63,993 bases of DNA, filler included, from a bacterium (GCA_037439705.1; 5 parts of 5 records of this genome joined end to end with filler, not necessarily neighbours in it); one strand, 5' to 3'. Positions 30,898-41,848 are shown, counted from the whole stretch's first letter. Notes: generated from the sequence alone by a model not told the origin. A program made the numbers and translations.

Positions 30898-32448
30898 AGT
30901 AGCGCTTTTTACCTGAAAGATGTGGAATTCAAGGTGGCATATCCAAAACCTGAGTTAGGAGACTACTATACCAATGTGGCATTCTCGCTTGCAAAAAGGG
31001 AGGGCAAAAATCTTAAAAAAATTGCCGAGGAGGTGGCAAACCTGCTTTTGAGGTCGCAACTTTTTGAAAGCGTGGAGCCTCTAAATGGATTTGTAAATTT
31101 GAGGGTGAAAAAGTCAGCAATTGAAAATATGTTAATGGAATTTTTAAGGGGGGAAAAGACAGAGAAAAGGAAGGAAAAAATTCTGATTGAGTTTGTGAGT
31201 GCAAATCCCACAGGACCACTACACATAGGTCATGGAAGGGGAGCAGTAATCGGAGATTCCCTTGCAAGGGTGTTTTCCTATCTTGGTTATAATGTTCAGA
31301 GGGAATTCTACATAAATGATGCGGGCGGGCAGATTCAATCACTCCTTAACTCCGTAGAAGCTCACAGAAGAAAACTTATAGACCCCTCTTTTGAAATCGG
31401 AGAGGAAGTTGAATATCAGGGAGAATATGTGGAGGAGATAGCAAAAAAACTTACAGATGATATGACCTTTGAGGAAAAGAAAAAAAAGGTTTTATCGTTA
31501 ATCCTTGAGGATATTAAAAATGTCCTTAATGAGTTCAGGGTGAATTTTGATACATGGATAAGTGAGGAATCATTTTACAAAAACGGAAATGTTGAGGAAA
31601 TGGTAAAAAAACTGAGCGAAATGGGATATGTGGGGGAGAAAGATTCTGCTCTCTGGTTCATTATGAAAGGACTTGAAGACGATAAGGACAGGGTTTTAAG
31701 AAGAAAAGATGGAAGATGGACATACTTTGCTGGAGATATTGCCTATCATAAATACAAGTATGAGAGAGGATATGACCTCTTGATAAATGTCTGGGGAGCA
31801 GACCATCACGGTTATCTTCCAAGATTGAGGGGTGCACTGAAAGCGCTTGGATTTGATGAAAACAAACTGAAAATTGTATGGGTTCAGATGGTTAAACTGG
31901 TTAGAGAAGGAAAACCTGTTCCCATGTCAAAAAGGAAGGGAGAATACATTACCCTGAAAGATGTAATTGATGAGGTGGGGACCGATGTGACGAGGTTTTT
32001 CTTTCTTATGAGAAGAACTGATACTCCCCTTGAATTTGACCTTGAACTGGCAAAAAAGGAGACCGAGGACAATCCTGTTTTCTATGTCCAGTATGCATAT
32101 GCAAGAATAAGGAGCATATTTGAAGAAATGAAAAAAAGGAAGATGGATTATGAAGAAGGGGGATTTTCTATAAACCTTTTAAACGAGGAAGAGGAGAGGA
32201 TGCTCAGAAAATTCATAAAGTTCGGGGATGTTTTATACGATGTGATTGAATCTTTAGAACCGCATTTCATAGTTCAGTATCTTCTTGAGACCGTTCCGCT
32301 TTTTCATCAGTTTTATACAAAACACAGGGTTCTGGTTGAAAATAAACTGGAAAGAAATCACAGATTGGAGATAATAAGATGTATGCGAAAAACAATAGAA
32401 ACAGGTCTTTCACTCATTGGTGTGAAAGCACCTGAAGGGAGGATGTAA
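30898..32448 (+). CDS. argS: Arginine--tRNA ligase, 5' truncated
   Basis: EFVSANPTGPLHIGHGR, WGADHHGY, MSKRKG, YVQYAYAR; frame open to the contig start. Confidence 0.97.
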   Translation, partial: SSAFYLKDVEFKVAYPKPELGDYYTNVAFSLAKREGKNLKKIAEEVANLLLRSQLFESVEPLNGFVNLRVKKSAIENMLMEFLRGEKTEKRKEKILIEFVSANPTGPLHIGHGRGAVIGDSLARVFSYLGYNVQREFYINDAGGQIQSLLNSVEAHRRKLIDPSFEIGEEVEYQGEYVEEIAKKLTDDMTFEEKKKKVLSLILEDIKNVLNEFRVNFDTWISEESFYKNGNVEEMVKKLSEMGYVGEKDSALWFIMKGLEDDKDRVLRRKDGRWTYFAGDIAYHKYKYERGYDLLINVWGADHHGYLPRLRGALKALGFDENKLKIVWVQMVKLVREGKPVPMSKRKGEYITLKDVIDEVGTDVTRFFFLMRRTDTPLEFDLELAKKETEDNPVFYVQYAYARIRSIFEEMKKRKMDYEEGGFSINLLNEEEERMLRKFIKFGDVLYDVIESLEPHFIVQYLLETVPLFHQFYTKHRVLVENKLERNHRLEIIRCMRKTIETGLSLIGVKAPEGRM

Positions 32449-33075
32449 ATGGAGAGAAGCAAAAATATGGATAGGGCTGTAATTGTAGTTGTGGTTCTTC
32501 TTTTCTTCGGAGTGGTTTATTATGCAGGAATAGTAACAGGAAAAAGGATGATACCTCCAGTAGAGGAACCCAAAAAAGAAGAGGTGGTTGAAGAGGTCTA
32601 TCCTCCTCCTGCTACTTCAGTAGAACTAAAGGTATATGGTGAACTTGTTGAGAAGGAGCCACCACCTGTTCCGCCATCGCCCATTACAGCACCATCACCA
32701 GTTACAACTCCATCTCCAGAGCCTGTTTCCCAACCTGTGGAAATAACTTCGTCAAAAACTGAAGAAAAAAAGGTCATACCAAAACAGAGAGAAGAACAAA
32801 AAAAAGAAGTTGCAAAAGTTCCTTCCTATCCCAAAAAGACAGTATATACCGTGCAGGTTGCATCTTTGAAGAAAAAAGAAGATGCACAAAAAATGGTAAC
32901 GATGCTTCGCAAAAAGGGGTATCCAGTTTATATGGTTCCAGCGATGGTTGGTGGAGTGGTTTACTATCGCGTGAGAGTTGGAGAATATAGAAGTGCCAGC
33001 GAGGCGATGAAAATTAAGGAAAAACTTGAAAAAGTTGAGAAATTAAAAGCATTTGTTACTTTAAAGGAAAGGTAA
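32449..33075 (+). CDS. SPOR domain protein (FtsN/DedD-like)
   Basis: TM, Pro-rich linker, YTVQVAS...YYRVRVG; follows argS. Confidence 0.88.
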   Translation: MERSKNMDRAVIVVVVLLFFGVVYYAGIVTGKRMIPPVEEPKKEEVVEEVYPPPATSVELKVYGELVEKEPPPVPPSPITAPSPVTTPSPEPVSQPVEITSSKTEEKKVIPKQREEQKKEVAKVPSYPKKTVYTVQVASLKKKEDAQKMVTMLRKKGYPVYMVPAMVGGVVYYRVRVGEYRSASEAMKIKEKLEKVEKLKAFVTLKER

Positions 33076-33076
33076 A

Positions 33077-34846
33077 ATGAAGTTCAGTGAATGGAAAAGA
33101 AGCGTTTACTGTGGAGAGATTTCCGAGGAGCATGTAGGAAAAGAGGTCACACTTAACGGATGGGCTTTTAGAAGAAGAGACCACGGCGGAGTAATTTTTA
33201 TTGACCTGAGGGATAGAACAGGAATAGTTCAATTGGTATTCAATCCAGAAAAAAACAGAGAGGTTCATAATCTTGCAAAAGAAATAAAAGATGAATATGT
33301 GCTCGCTGTAAAGGGAAAGGTAGCATATAGACCGGAGGGAACAATAAATCCAAAAATTCCCACGGGAAAGTATGAAGTTATTGTGGAGGATTTTGTCGTT
33401 TTAAATCCCTCTGCTCATCCCCCTTTTCCTCTTGAGGATGGAATGAGGCTGGATGAAACCCTGAGGTTGAAATACCGATATCTTGATATGAGAAGACCTT
33501 CTGTGTTCAATACTTTCCTTTTGAGGCATAGACTCTATCAGGTGGTTAGAAATTATCTTTCCTCTCAGGGATTCATAGAGGTTGAAACTCCATTTCTCAC
33601 AAAGAGCACTCCTGAAGGAGCAAGGGATTATCTTGTTCCCAGCAGGGTAAATCCAGGAAAATTTTATGCACTTCCACAGTCTCCCCAGCTTTTTAAACAG
33701 ATCCTTATGGTTGCGGGATTTGAAAAGTATTTTCAGATAGTGAGATGCTTCAGGGATGAGGACCTGAGAGCTGACAGACAGCCGGAATTTACGCAGATAG
33801 ATATGGAGATGTCATTTATAGATGAGGATGACCTTTTCAAAGTGATTGAAGGAATGTTCTTCACAATTTTTAAAGAACTGAAAGGCATTGAAATAAGTAT
33901 TCCATTCAGAAGGATGTCCTACGATACCGCGATGAGCAAATACGGAACCGACAAACCCGATCTGAGATTTTCTATGGAAATTCATCACCTCCGTGAGATT
34001 TTTAAAGATACAGGGTTAAATTTTATAAAAAAGGAACTGGAAAATGCCGGGGATGTGTGGGGAATAAAGGTTGAATCCCCGGGATTTTCAAGGAAAGAAC
34101 TTGATACTATATCAGAGGAATCAAAATCAATGGGGTTGAAGGGACTTTTCTGGGTAAGGGTTGATGAAGGCGGAAAATTCACATCTTCAACAAAGCTTTC
34201 ACAAAAAGAGGCAGAGGGGTTAATTAAGGAGTTTGATGCAAAACCCGGAGATGTAATTTTCATCTCTGCGGGAAAATATGAAGAGGTATGCAAGGGACTT
34301 GGAGAATTGAGATTAAGGATGGCAAAAAAATTGGGACTGATAAAGCCGGATATATACGAGTTTTTATGGGTTACAGATTTTCCCCTTCTTGAATGGAGTG
34401 AGGAAGAAGGAAGGTTTGTTGCAATGCATCATCCATTCACATCACCGGTAGAAGAAGATATTCCCCTTCTTGACAGAGAACCTGCAAAAGTAAAAGCAAG
34501 GGCATACGACCTCGTTCTTAACGGGATAGAATTGGGCGGAGGAAGCATAAGGATTCACAGGAGAGAACTTCAGGAAAAGATATTTGAGGTGTTAAAGATA
34601 ACAAAAGAAGAAGCAGAACTTAAGTTTGGATTTTTGCTCAAGGCTTTTGAATACGGAGCACCTCCTCACGGAGGGATAGCCTTTGGACTGGATAGGCTCG
34701 TTATGCTTCTTTCTGGAGCAGAATCCATTAGAGATGTGATAGCCTTTCCGAAGACACAAAAAGCAGTGTGTCTCCTTACAGATGCTCCATCTCCTGTTTC
34801 TGATTCTCAACTTGCAGAATTGAACATAAGGGTTTTAAAACCCTGA
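33077..34846 (+). CDS. aspS: Aspartate--tRNA ligase (probably non-discriminating Asp/Asn)
   Basis: RRDHGG, RPEG, LPQSPQLFKQ, DRQPEFTQ, PPHGGIAFGLDR. Confidence 0.97.
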   Translation: MKFSEWKRSVYCGEISEEHVGKEVTLNGWAFRRRDHGGVIFIDLRDRTGIVQLVFNPEKNREVHNLAKEIKDEYVLAVKGKVAYRPEGTINPKIPTGKYEVIVEDFVVLNPSAHPPFPLEDGMRLDETLRLKYRYLDMRRPSVFNTFLLRHRLYQVVRNYLSSQGFIEVETPFLTKSTPEGARDYLVPSRVNPGKFYALPQSPQLFKQILMVAGFEKYFQIVRCFRDEDLRADRQPEFTQIDMEMSFIDEDDLFKVIEGMFFTIFKELKGIEISIPFRRMSYDTAMSKYGTDKPDLRFSMEIHHLREIFKDTGLNFIKKELENAGDVWGIKVESPGFSRKELDTISEESKSMGLKGLFWVRVDEGGKFTSSTKLSQKEAEGLIKEFDAKPGDVIFISAGKYEEVCKGLGELRLRMAKKLGLIKPDIYEFLWVTDFPLLEWSEEEGRFVAMHHPFTSPVEEDIPLLDREPAKVKARAYDLVLNGIELGGGSIRIHRRELQEKIFEVLKITKEEAELKFGFLLKAFEYGAPPHGGIAFGLDRLVMLLSGAESIRDVIAFPKTQKAVCLLTDAPSPVSDSQLAELNIRVLKP

Positions 34847-34855
34847 CAATTTTAT

Positions 34856-34884
34856 TTGAAACTTAAAGTGATGAAAAATAAGAT
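34856..34884 (+). promoter_or_regulatory. sigma70-like promoter, probably leaderless
   Basis: TTGAAA-17nt-TAAGAT, 6 nt before ATG 34891. Confidence 0.55.
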
Positions 34885-34890
34885 AATAAC

Positions 34891-36036
34891 ATGGAATATG
34901 ATGCCCTCATAGTAGGCGGGGGACCTGCTGGGTTCAGTTGTGGTATTCATCTTGCAAAAAAGGGAATATCTGTTGCAGTTTTTGAAAGAAAAAAAATTCC
35001 TTTCAGAAAGGTATGCGGTGAAATATGCTCTCCCAGAGCAATTGATGAACTTTCACTTCTTGGAATTAGAACGGAAAAATTTTATTCCGTTCAAAAAATA
35101 AGTGCTTTCTCTTTTCCTCATTCTATGTTCGCAGACCTTTCTGATTTTGGACTCTATTGCAGAATGATACCAAGACACATCCTTCAGAAGATGATGGCGG
35201 AGGAGGCAGAAAAAACTGGGGTAAAGGTGTTTGATGGAACGGAAATAACGGAAATAGAAAGAAGAAATGGGAAATGGTTCATAGGAGCAAAAACTGGAGA
35301 ACGACGGGGAAAATTTCTCATAGGAGCAGACGGATTCAATTCTATAGTTAGAAGGGCTCTTTCAGTTGTTTCCCCGAGGAAAAAGGACATAGCAATAGGG
35401 GTGAGGGCAATTCTTGAGATGGAGCATGAAGATACCCTGAAATTCTACCTGCACGATTCAACCATGCCAGGTTATGCGTGGATTTTTCCACTCGGGGACG
35501 GGCTTGTAAATGTCGGGTTTGGAATAAGAGGAGACCAGTATATGTCAAAGGGAATTCACCCTTTAAGGGATTTCTTCCATTTCTTTTCAGCCATAGATAA
35601 AAATTTTTCTGAAAAAAGGTATGGAGTTCATATCCCTCCTGAGACACATCCAATATATCTTGGAAGCCACATCGGAGAAACTGTATTTGATGATGCGCTT
35701 CTCATAGGGGAGGCAGGAGGATTTGTTAATCCCTTTACCGGTGAAGGAATTTCTTTTGCCCTTTCAACTGGAAGACTCGCAAGCGAAGCCATAATAAATG
35801 CATTAAATTCAAAAGAAAAAAATCTGTTCTGGTTTGATAGAGTTTGGAGAAAAGAATTCGGCTTCAGTTTCGTGATGAGCAAAGTCTATCAGAGAATGGG
35901 CTCAAAGGGTCTTATAGAAAAAATTATGGCTCTCGCTGATTCCGACCACGAGATAAAAAGGACAATAATTGAAACGCTTCTGGGTTTTGCAAGGTTTCGT
36001 TTAAGGGTTTATTTAAAAATACTTAAAAGGAGGTGA
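34891..36036 (+). CDS. Geranylgeranyl reductase-family FAD oxidoreductase
   Basis: GGGPAG, R.KVCG, GADG, PGYAWIFP, GEAGGFVNPFTGEGI. Confidence 0.88.
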   Translation: MEYDALIVGGGPAGFSCGIHLAKKGISVAVFERKKIPFRKVCGEICSPRAIDELSLLGIRTEKFYSVQKISAFSFPHSMFADLSDFGLYCRMIPRHILQKMMAEEAEKTGVKVFDGTEITEIERRNGKWFIGAKTGERRGKFLIGADGFNSIVRRALSVVSPRKKDIAIGVRAILEMEHEDTLKFYLHDSTMPGYAWIFPLGDGLVNVGFGIRGDQYMSKGIHPLRDFFHFFSAIDKNFSEKRYGVHIPPETHPIYLGSHIGETVFDDALLIGEAGGFVNPFTGEGISFALSTGRLASEAIINALNSKEKNLFWFDRVWRKEFGFSFVMSKVYQRMGSKGLIEKIMALADSDHEIKRTIIETLLGFARFRLRVYLKILKRR

Positions 36037-36040
36037 AACA

Positions 36041-36793
36041 ATGGGAAGGTTGGAAGGAAAAGTAGCAATAATTACAGGGGGGGCATCGGGAATTGGAAGG
36101 GCAATGGTTAAAGAGTTTGCAAGGGAAGGAGCAAAGGTTTTAACGATGGACCTGAACGAAGCAGGCGGTCAGGTGATGGTAGAGGAAGTGAGGAAAGAAG
36201 GAGGTTCTGCAATTTTTGTAAAGGGAAGTGTGGCTGACGAAAAGGATGTGGACAGAATGGTTTCCACATGTATAAATGAGTTTAAAAAACTGGATATACT
36301 GGTTAATAACGCAGGGGTAGCAGAAATGTCAGCGGTAAGCATGATGACAACAGAGCAATGGTTCAATGTTATAAACACAAATCTCACAGGAACATTCTTT
36401 TGCATAAGAAGGGCTGTTCCTGAAATGGAAAAGAATGGAAAGGGAAAGATAATAAACATCTCTTCCATAGATGCCAAAGTGGGAGGTCCTTTCCTTTTCG
36501 CATACGCTGCATCAAAGGGAGGAGTTTTGAGCATGACAATAAATCTTGCAGTTGAACTCGCTCCATATAAAATAAATGTAAATGCAATCCTTCCGGGATT
36601 TATCTTAACAGGAATGACAGAAATCCCCCTTTCAGTTGAGGAATTGAAAAATGAGGTTCTTCAGAGGACTCCATTGAATAGAATCGGGATGCCTGAAGAT
36701 GTGGCTAAACTCGCTGTTTATCTTGCTTCTGATGATTCAGATTTTGTAACGGGTCAGGCATTTGTGATTGATGGTGGATATACCGCGTTATGA
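36041..36793 (+). CDS. Classical SDR oxidoreductase
   Basis: TGGASGIG, NNAG, YAASK, VTGQAFVIDGG. Confidence 0.93.
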   Translation: MGRLEGKVAIITGGASGIGRAMVKEFAREGAKVLTMDLNEAGGQVMVEEVRKEGGSAIFVKGSVADEKDVDRMVSTCINEFKKLDILVNNAGVAEMSAVSMMTTEQWFNVINTNLTGTFFCIRRAVPEMEKNGKGKIINISSIDAKVGGPFLFAYAASKGGVLSMTINLAVELAPYKINVNAILPGFILTGMTEIPLSVEELKNEVLQRTPLNRIGMPEDVAKLAVYLASDDSDFVTGQAFVIDGGYTAL

Positions 36794-38265
36794 AGTTTGA
36801 TGTAGCAATCATAGGGTCGGGTATAGGAGGGACTGCTGCATTCGCAATTCTGAGCTCAAGGGGATTAAAGACCATTCTGATTGAAAAGAATTCACGTCCC
36901 GGAGGCTCATGTTCTTATTACATAAAGAATGGATTTCATGTGGACTGGGGAACCCACATGTTCTCAAGGGGGCATAAGGGACCTATAGGAAGGGTTCTTA
37001 AAATTTCAAGGTCAAGGCACGAGATTGAATTCAGAAAAAAAAGAAAGCTTTCCGTAGGAAGGGGGCTTGGAATTGGTGAAATTGTTCTTCCGGGAGAAAA
37101 ATGGAGACTTCCTTTCTTCTTCTACAATCTCTTCAGAAAATTGCGGATTCCACTGAAGGAATATCCCAATGTTCTTAAACTTCTTTATGACATTGCCACT
37201 ATGGACGATGACGAAATAAAAAAATGGGACGATGTGGATGTGGAAACCTTTATGAGGGAATATACATCAAATGAAAGAATAATAGGCTTTCTATCTTTTC
37301 TTTTTGGACTTTATTTTGTGCTTCCACCATGGGAGGTTTCTGCTGGAGAGGCAGTTCTCAATTATAAAAACATGTTTAATGACTGGTGGTTGAGTTATCC
37401 AAAAGGAGGTGCTTTTTCTGTGCCCAACGCCTTCATAAGGACAGGAGAGGATTATGGTGGAAAAGTTCTCTTAAATGCACCTGTAAAAAAAATCATAATT
37501 TCAAAAAAGAGAGTAAAAGGGGTTTATGTGGATGGAATTGGAAGAATTAATGCAAATGTGGTGATAAGCACAACATCACTCAAAGACACGGTTTTTAATC
37601 TTGCAGGTGAAAAATTCTTTGAAGATGATTACCTTCAGCACATAAAGAAGATAAAATCTTCAAAAATTGCAGTTCAGGCAAAAATTGCATTAAAGAAATC
37701 CATTACAGATGCTGGATGTGTAACAGGTGGTGTGAGTCTCAAAAAAAACTATGACATTTCAAAATTCACCTTGAATGATATGAAAAGTGTTTATAAAAAA
37801 ATAGAAGATGGAAGACTTCCGGATATTCTGCCCTTCTATTGTCCTGTTCCAACAAACTTTGACCCATCCCTTGCTCCAGAAGGAATGCAGTTAATTACCG
37901 CATGTATGGTGGCTCCCACAACAGATATTCCTTTAAAGGACCCTCCTGAAAAATGGCATAAATGGATGATGAGGGGACTTGAAATGCTCCTTCCCGGTTT
38001 AAAAAAACAACTTTTATTCGTTGATTTCATCTCCGTTAAGGGAGCAGAAACATGGATTGGAAAAACTGGAGCACCCGCTATAAGCAATGCTCAATGCCCG
38101 GGGCAGGTTGGGGAAAAAAGGCATCCTTTAAGACTGCCTTTAAATGGACTTTATGCAGCAGGAGATTGTGCTGGAGGAAGAGGTATTGGAACAGAACTTG
38201 CTGCTGAAAGCGCTATAGAATGCTCCGAGGCGGTTTTGATGGATATAAGAAATTTATTGCTTTAA
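36790..38265 (+). CDS. Phytoene desaturase/CrtI-related FAD oxidoreductase
   Basis: IGSGIGG..EKN.RPGG..D.G.H, YPKGG, DPSLAPEG, GLYAAGD. Confidence 0.82.
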   Translation: MKFDVAIIGSGIGGTAAFAILSSRGLKTILIEKNSRPGGSCSYYIKNGFHVDWGTHMFSRGHKGPIGRVLKISRSRHEIEFRKKRKLSVGRGLGIGEIVLPGEKWRLPFFFYNLFRKLRIPLKEYPNVLKLLYDIATMDDDEIKKWDDVDVETFMREYTSNERIIGFLSFLFGLYFVLPPWEVSAGEAVLNYKNMFNDWWLSYPKGGAFSVPNAFIRTGEDYGGKVLLNAPVKKIIISKKRVKGVYVDGIGRINANVVISTTSLKDTVFNLAGEKFFEDDYLQHIKKIKSSKIAVQAKIALKKSITDAGCVTGGVSLKKNYDISKFTLNDMKSVYKKIEDGRLPDILPFYCPVPTNFDPSLAPEGMQLITACMVAPTTDIPLKDPPEKWHKWMMRGLEMLLPGLKKQLLFVDFISVKGAETWIGKTGAPAISNAQCPGQVGEKRHPLRLPLNGLYAAGDCAGGRGIGTELAAESAIECSEAVLMDIRNLLL

Positions 38266-38270
38266 AAACC

Positions 38271-40358
38271 TCACGCAAAATTTGTCGGGTCAAGGTTGAA
38301 TTCCAGTTTAACACCTTTTAGTTTTAAAGAATTAATCTTCTTTAGTGTTGAAATTATGAGGTTCCTGTTTTCATGATAAAGCAGAAGATGCCATATATAC
38401 ATTCCCCTCATTTTCATTATTGGAGCGGAAGCAGGTCCTTTTACATTAACCTCATCAATTGATTCCTTTATTTCCTTAGAAGCCATTTCTGCTTTTGATT
38501 TAACCTTTACGAGGCAGAGATGAGAAAATGGAGGGAACTGGTAGTTTCTTATTCTTTCAATCTCTTCATCAAGAAATTCTTCTATCTCTCCCCTTATGCA
38601 CCTCTGAACTGAGGGATGATAAATGTTGAAAGCCTGAATTATAGCCCTTCCATTGTCTAACCTTCCTGCTCTTCCTATGACCTGCAGCAAAAGTTGATAT
38701 GTCCTTTCACCAGCTCTGAAATCGGGAAAGAGAAAGGCATTTTCAATTTTTAAAACAACAACGAGTTCAACATTCTTTATATCAAGCCCTTTGCCAATCA
38801 TCTGGGTTCCAACAAGGACATCTGCATTTCCCTCTTCAAAGGTTTTAAGCTTTTCTTTCATCTCCATCCAGTTCTTAACCGCATCGCTGTCTATCCTCAT
38901 CACCCTTGCAAACGGAAAATTTTCAGAAATGAACTCCTCAACCCTTTCGGTACCCCATCCCTTTTCCTGAATCATGATTTCTCCACATCTTTCACACATG
39001 GAAGGCAGTTCTTTTTTGAAGCCACAGTAATGGCATACAAGAATTCCTTTCCTTTTGTGATAGTTCAATGAAATACTGCACCTCTCACAGTAAGGAATCC
39101 ATCCGCATTCCATGCATCTCACAAAGGATGCATACCCCCTCCTGTTGACCAGAATCATCACCTGTCTTCCCTTTCTCAGTGTGGAAGAGATTGCATCCAT
39201 TACTTGGGGAAGGATGAAACTTCTTTTTCCTCTGGCTGATAAGAGAATTACTTCTGGTTTTCCACCCATAAATTTTTTCGTTAACCTCAAAAGGATTGCA
39301 TCTCCCTTTTTTACCTTCATCCATGTATCCACCGAAGGTGTTGCAGTTCCTAAAAGGACGGGTACCTCAAATATCTTTCCCCTTATTATTGCCACATCCC
39401 TTGCATGATATGAAAATTCTCCTTCATTTTTGTAGGAAAAATCGTGTTCTTCATCTACTATTATCAGTCCAACATTTTTTACAGGTGAAATTATCAGTGA
39501 TTTTGGACCTATTATTACATAACCTCCCTCTTCAGACTTCAACAAAATTCCTCCTCTTTCTTTTGCCTTCATATATCCGTGAAAGGGAAGAACCCTTTTT
39601 CCAAGCCTTTTTATGAACCTTTCAATGAAGTGGGTGGCAAGTAGAACCTCTGGAACAAGAAGCAAAACATTTTTCCCCTTAGATATGACCTCTTTTGCAA
39701 GTTCAATGTAAACCTCTGTTTTTCCGCTTGCGGGAGGACCGAAAAGGAGAAAAAAATTAAAATTTCCAAGTGATGTTTTTATCCTATCCACGCAAAATTT
39801 CTGTTCATCTGTTAGAATCACTTCTGCCGTCGGAAATTCCTGCTCTTCAATTTCAACTGGAACCATCTTTCCTTTAAAAACCTCTTTTACTTCAAGAATT
39901 CCCTCTTCTTCCAGTTTTTTTAATTTTCTGTAAAGTGATGGAAACTTTTTCCTTAAAGCCTTCATCGTTCGGTATGTTTTGAGATATTCTATCGCTTCTT
40001 CGGGAAGCCCGCTTAATTCCGCTCCCCTTTTTATTCTTGCACATTTCACTGACTTATATGTCGTCCATCCGGGAAGGACGAACTTTAAAATTCCTCCTAT
40101 AGGAACATAGTAGAACTGTGAAATTTCCCTGTAAAATCTGTAAAGTTTTTCATCAAAAAGAGAAAAATCATCAAGCACTCTCTCTATCCTTTTTAATCCT
40201 TCTCCTGAACCCTCCCTTTCTTCCACAACTATTCCTGTTAAGGTTCTTCTTCCAAAGGGCACAAGAACCCTTTTAAACAGGATGCTTTCCTCTTCTTCAG
40301 AAATATAAGAGAACGGCTGGTCAAAGGGAAGTGGTAAAAGGACATCTGCTATTTTCAC
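38271..40358 (-). CDS. priA: Primosomal protein N'
   Basis: SGKTEVY, DEEHD.SYK, NRRGY plus four CxxC, GTQMIGKGLD, QVIGRAGR. Confidence 0.95.
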   Translation of the reverse strand: MKIADVLLPLPFDQPFSYISEEEESILFKRVLVPFGRRTLTGIVVEEREGSGEGLKRIERVLDDFSLFDEKLYRFYREISQFYYVPIGGILKFVLPGWTTYKSVKCARIKRGAELSGLPEEAIEYLKTYRTMKALRKKFPSLYRKLKKLEEEGILEVKEVFKGKMVPVEIEEQEFPTAEVILTDEQKFCVDRIKTSLGNFNFFLLFGPPASGKTEVYIELAKEVISKGKNVLLLVPEVLLATHFIERFIKRLGKRVLPFHGYMKAKERGGILLKSEEGGYVIIGPKSLIISPVKNVGLIIVDEEHDFSYKNEGEFSYHARDVAIIRGKIFEVPVLLGTATPSVDTWMKVKKGDAILLRLTKKFMGGKPEVILLSARGKRSFILPQVMDAISSTLRKGRQVMILVNRRGYASFVRCMECGWIPYCERCSISLNYHKRKGILVCHYCGFKKELPSMCERCGEIMIQEKGWGTERVEEFISENFPFARVMRIDSDAVKNWMEMKEKLKTFEEGNADVLVGTQMIGKGLDIKNVELVVVLKIENAFLFPDFRAGERTYQLLLQVIGRAGRLDNGRAIIQAFNIYHPSVQRCIRGEIEEFLDEEIERIRNYQFPPFSHLCLVKVKSKAEMASKEIKESIDEVNVKGPASAPIMKMRGMYIWHLLLYHENRNLIISTLKKINSLKLKGVKLEFNLDPTNFA

Positions 40359-41848
40359 AATCTGTTTTTATTTTCAGCAATATATTCTGCGGTCCTTGCG
40401 GAAAAAGCCATTATTGAAAGCATAGGATTAAGTCCAATGGGAGAAGGGAATATGCTTGCATCACATATAAACACATTTTCCGTCCCGTAAACCCTTCCCC
40501 AGCTGTCCACAACCCCTCTTTTTGGACTTCCTGACATCCTTGCTGTTCCCATTATATGAACGGTCATCATCTCCGTATCGGTTTTTTTAATCCCTCTATC
40601 AAAAATAAGTGGAATCTGCTCCGGAGATTTTATCTTTTTCAGATTTCTGAAAGGAAGAATTATTTCCTTAGCACCCCCTTCAAACAAGAGTTTTGAAAGG
40701 AGAGAAACAGATCTTTTAGCCCTGTAAAAATCGTTGTCGTTTATGTTATAAAGGAGAACAGGTTTTCCACCAAAGATGTTTTTAACCATTCCTGTTCCAG
40801 TATCTTCTATAAGGGCACCGGCAAAAAGCATGTTTTTTATGCTTTCCATAAATTCTCCAAGTTTTTTGCCCGTTTCCTCCACGGACATGGCAATCATTGA
40901 AGGAGGAACGCCTGCTGTGGCAAGCACAATCCCTTCATCTCTGAATTCGTGAACCTGATGGGATTGATGGGCTCCTCTCCATTGAAAAATTTCTTCATCA
41001 AAAACGCCAACAACCTTCACATTTGGATGCACATACAGATTTTTTCCGAGCATCCCTGAACTGCTTTTGAAACCGCTCCTCATGAGAAGGGAGGGAGTTT
41101 CATCCGCACCGCATGCGAGAACAAGAGTTTTTGCTTTTAACCTTATTTCCTTTTCCCTTCCCTTGCATAAAACGCCAACTGCTTTGTTCCCCTTAAAAAT
41201 TATTCTTTCAGCCCTGAATCCAGCAAAAATTGTTCCGTCCTTTTTCAGAAAATCCTGAATGTAGGTATGAAGGACGGATTGCTTCGCTCCTGTGGGACAT
41301 CCTGCCATGCAAAGACTCAAGCCCTTACATCCTTTCTGGTTTCTTCTGTCAGTAACAATCTTCCATCCAAGAGATTCTGCAGCATTCTTAAAAATTATTC
41401 CTGCCCTGCTCCAGGTATGAGGTGGTTGCTCTTCAACATTTATTCTCTTTTCAATCCTCTCAAAGTATTTTTCCATAAAAGAAGGCTCTATCTTTTCTAT
41501 GCCTTCTTCCAGTTGCCATTTTTCAAGAATTTTTTCGGTTGTCCTCCAGCACATTCCGCCATTTATCACAGTGCTTCCTCCCACACACCTTCCCTCTGCA
41601 AATGCTATTCCCGGGATTCCTAATATGAAATGTGCACCAGCATTTCTGTAAAGTTTTAAAAATGCCTCTCCAACACTTGTTGGAAGTTTATCCGGCGGTA
41701 TGTAATCTCCTTCCTCAATGATTGCTACATTTAAACCACTTTCTGCAAGAAATCCCGCGCATGTTCCTCCACCTGCTCCGGAGCCAACTATTAAGATGTC
41801 AAAATATGCTTCCTTATCCTTCAGATTTTCCGGAGTTATAATGCCCAT
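40355..41848 (-). CDS. GMC-family oxidoreductase
   Basis: GSGAGG, GRCVGGSTVING, C.G...C..GC, HIMGTARM, D.SIFP...G.NP. Confidence 0.9.
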   Translation of the reverse strand: MGIITPENLKDKEAYFDILIVGSGAGGGTCAGFLAESGLNVAIIEEGDYIPPDKLPTSVGEAFLKLYRNAGAHFILGIPGIAFAEGRCVGGSTVINGGMCWRTTEKILEKWQLEEGIEKIEPSFMEKYFERIEKRINVEEQPPHTWSRAGIIFKNAAESLGWKIVTDRRNQKGCKGLSLCMAGCPTGAKQSVLHTYIQDFLKKDGTIFAGFRAERIIFKGNKAVGVLCKGREKEIRLKAKTLVLACGADETPSLLMRSGFKSSSGMLGKNLYVHPNVKVVGVFDEEIFQWRGAHQSHQVHEFRDEGIVLATAGVPPSMIAMSVEETGKKLGEFMESIKNMLFAGALIEDTGTGMVKNIFGGKPVLLYNINDNDFYRAKRSVSLLSKLLFEGGAKEIILPFRNLKKIKSPEQIPLIFDRGIKKTDTEMMTVHIMGTARMSGSPKRGVVDSWGRVYGTENVFICDASIFPSPIGLNPMLSIMAFSARTAEYIAENKNRL

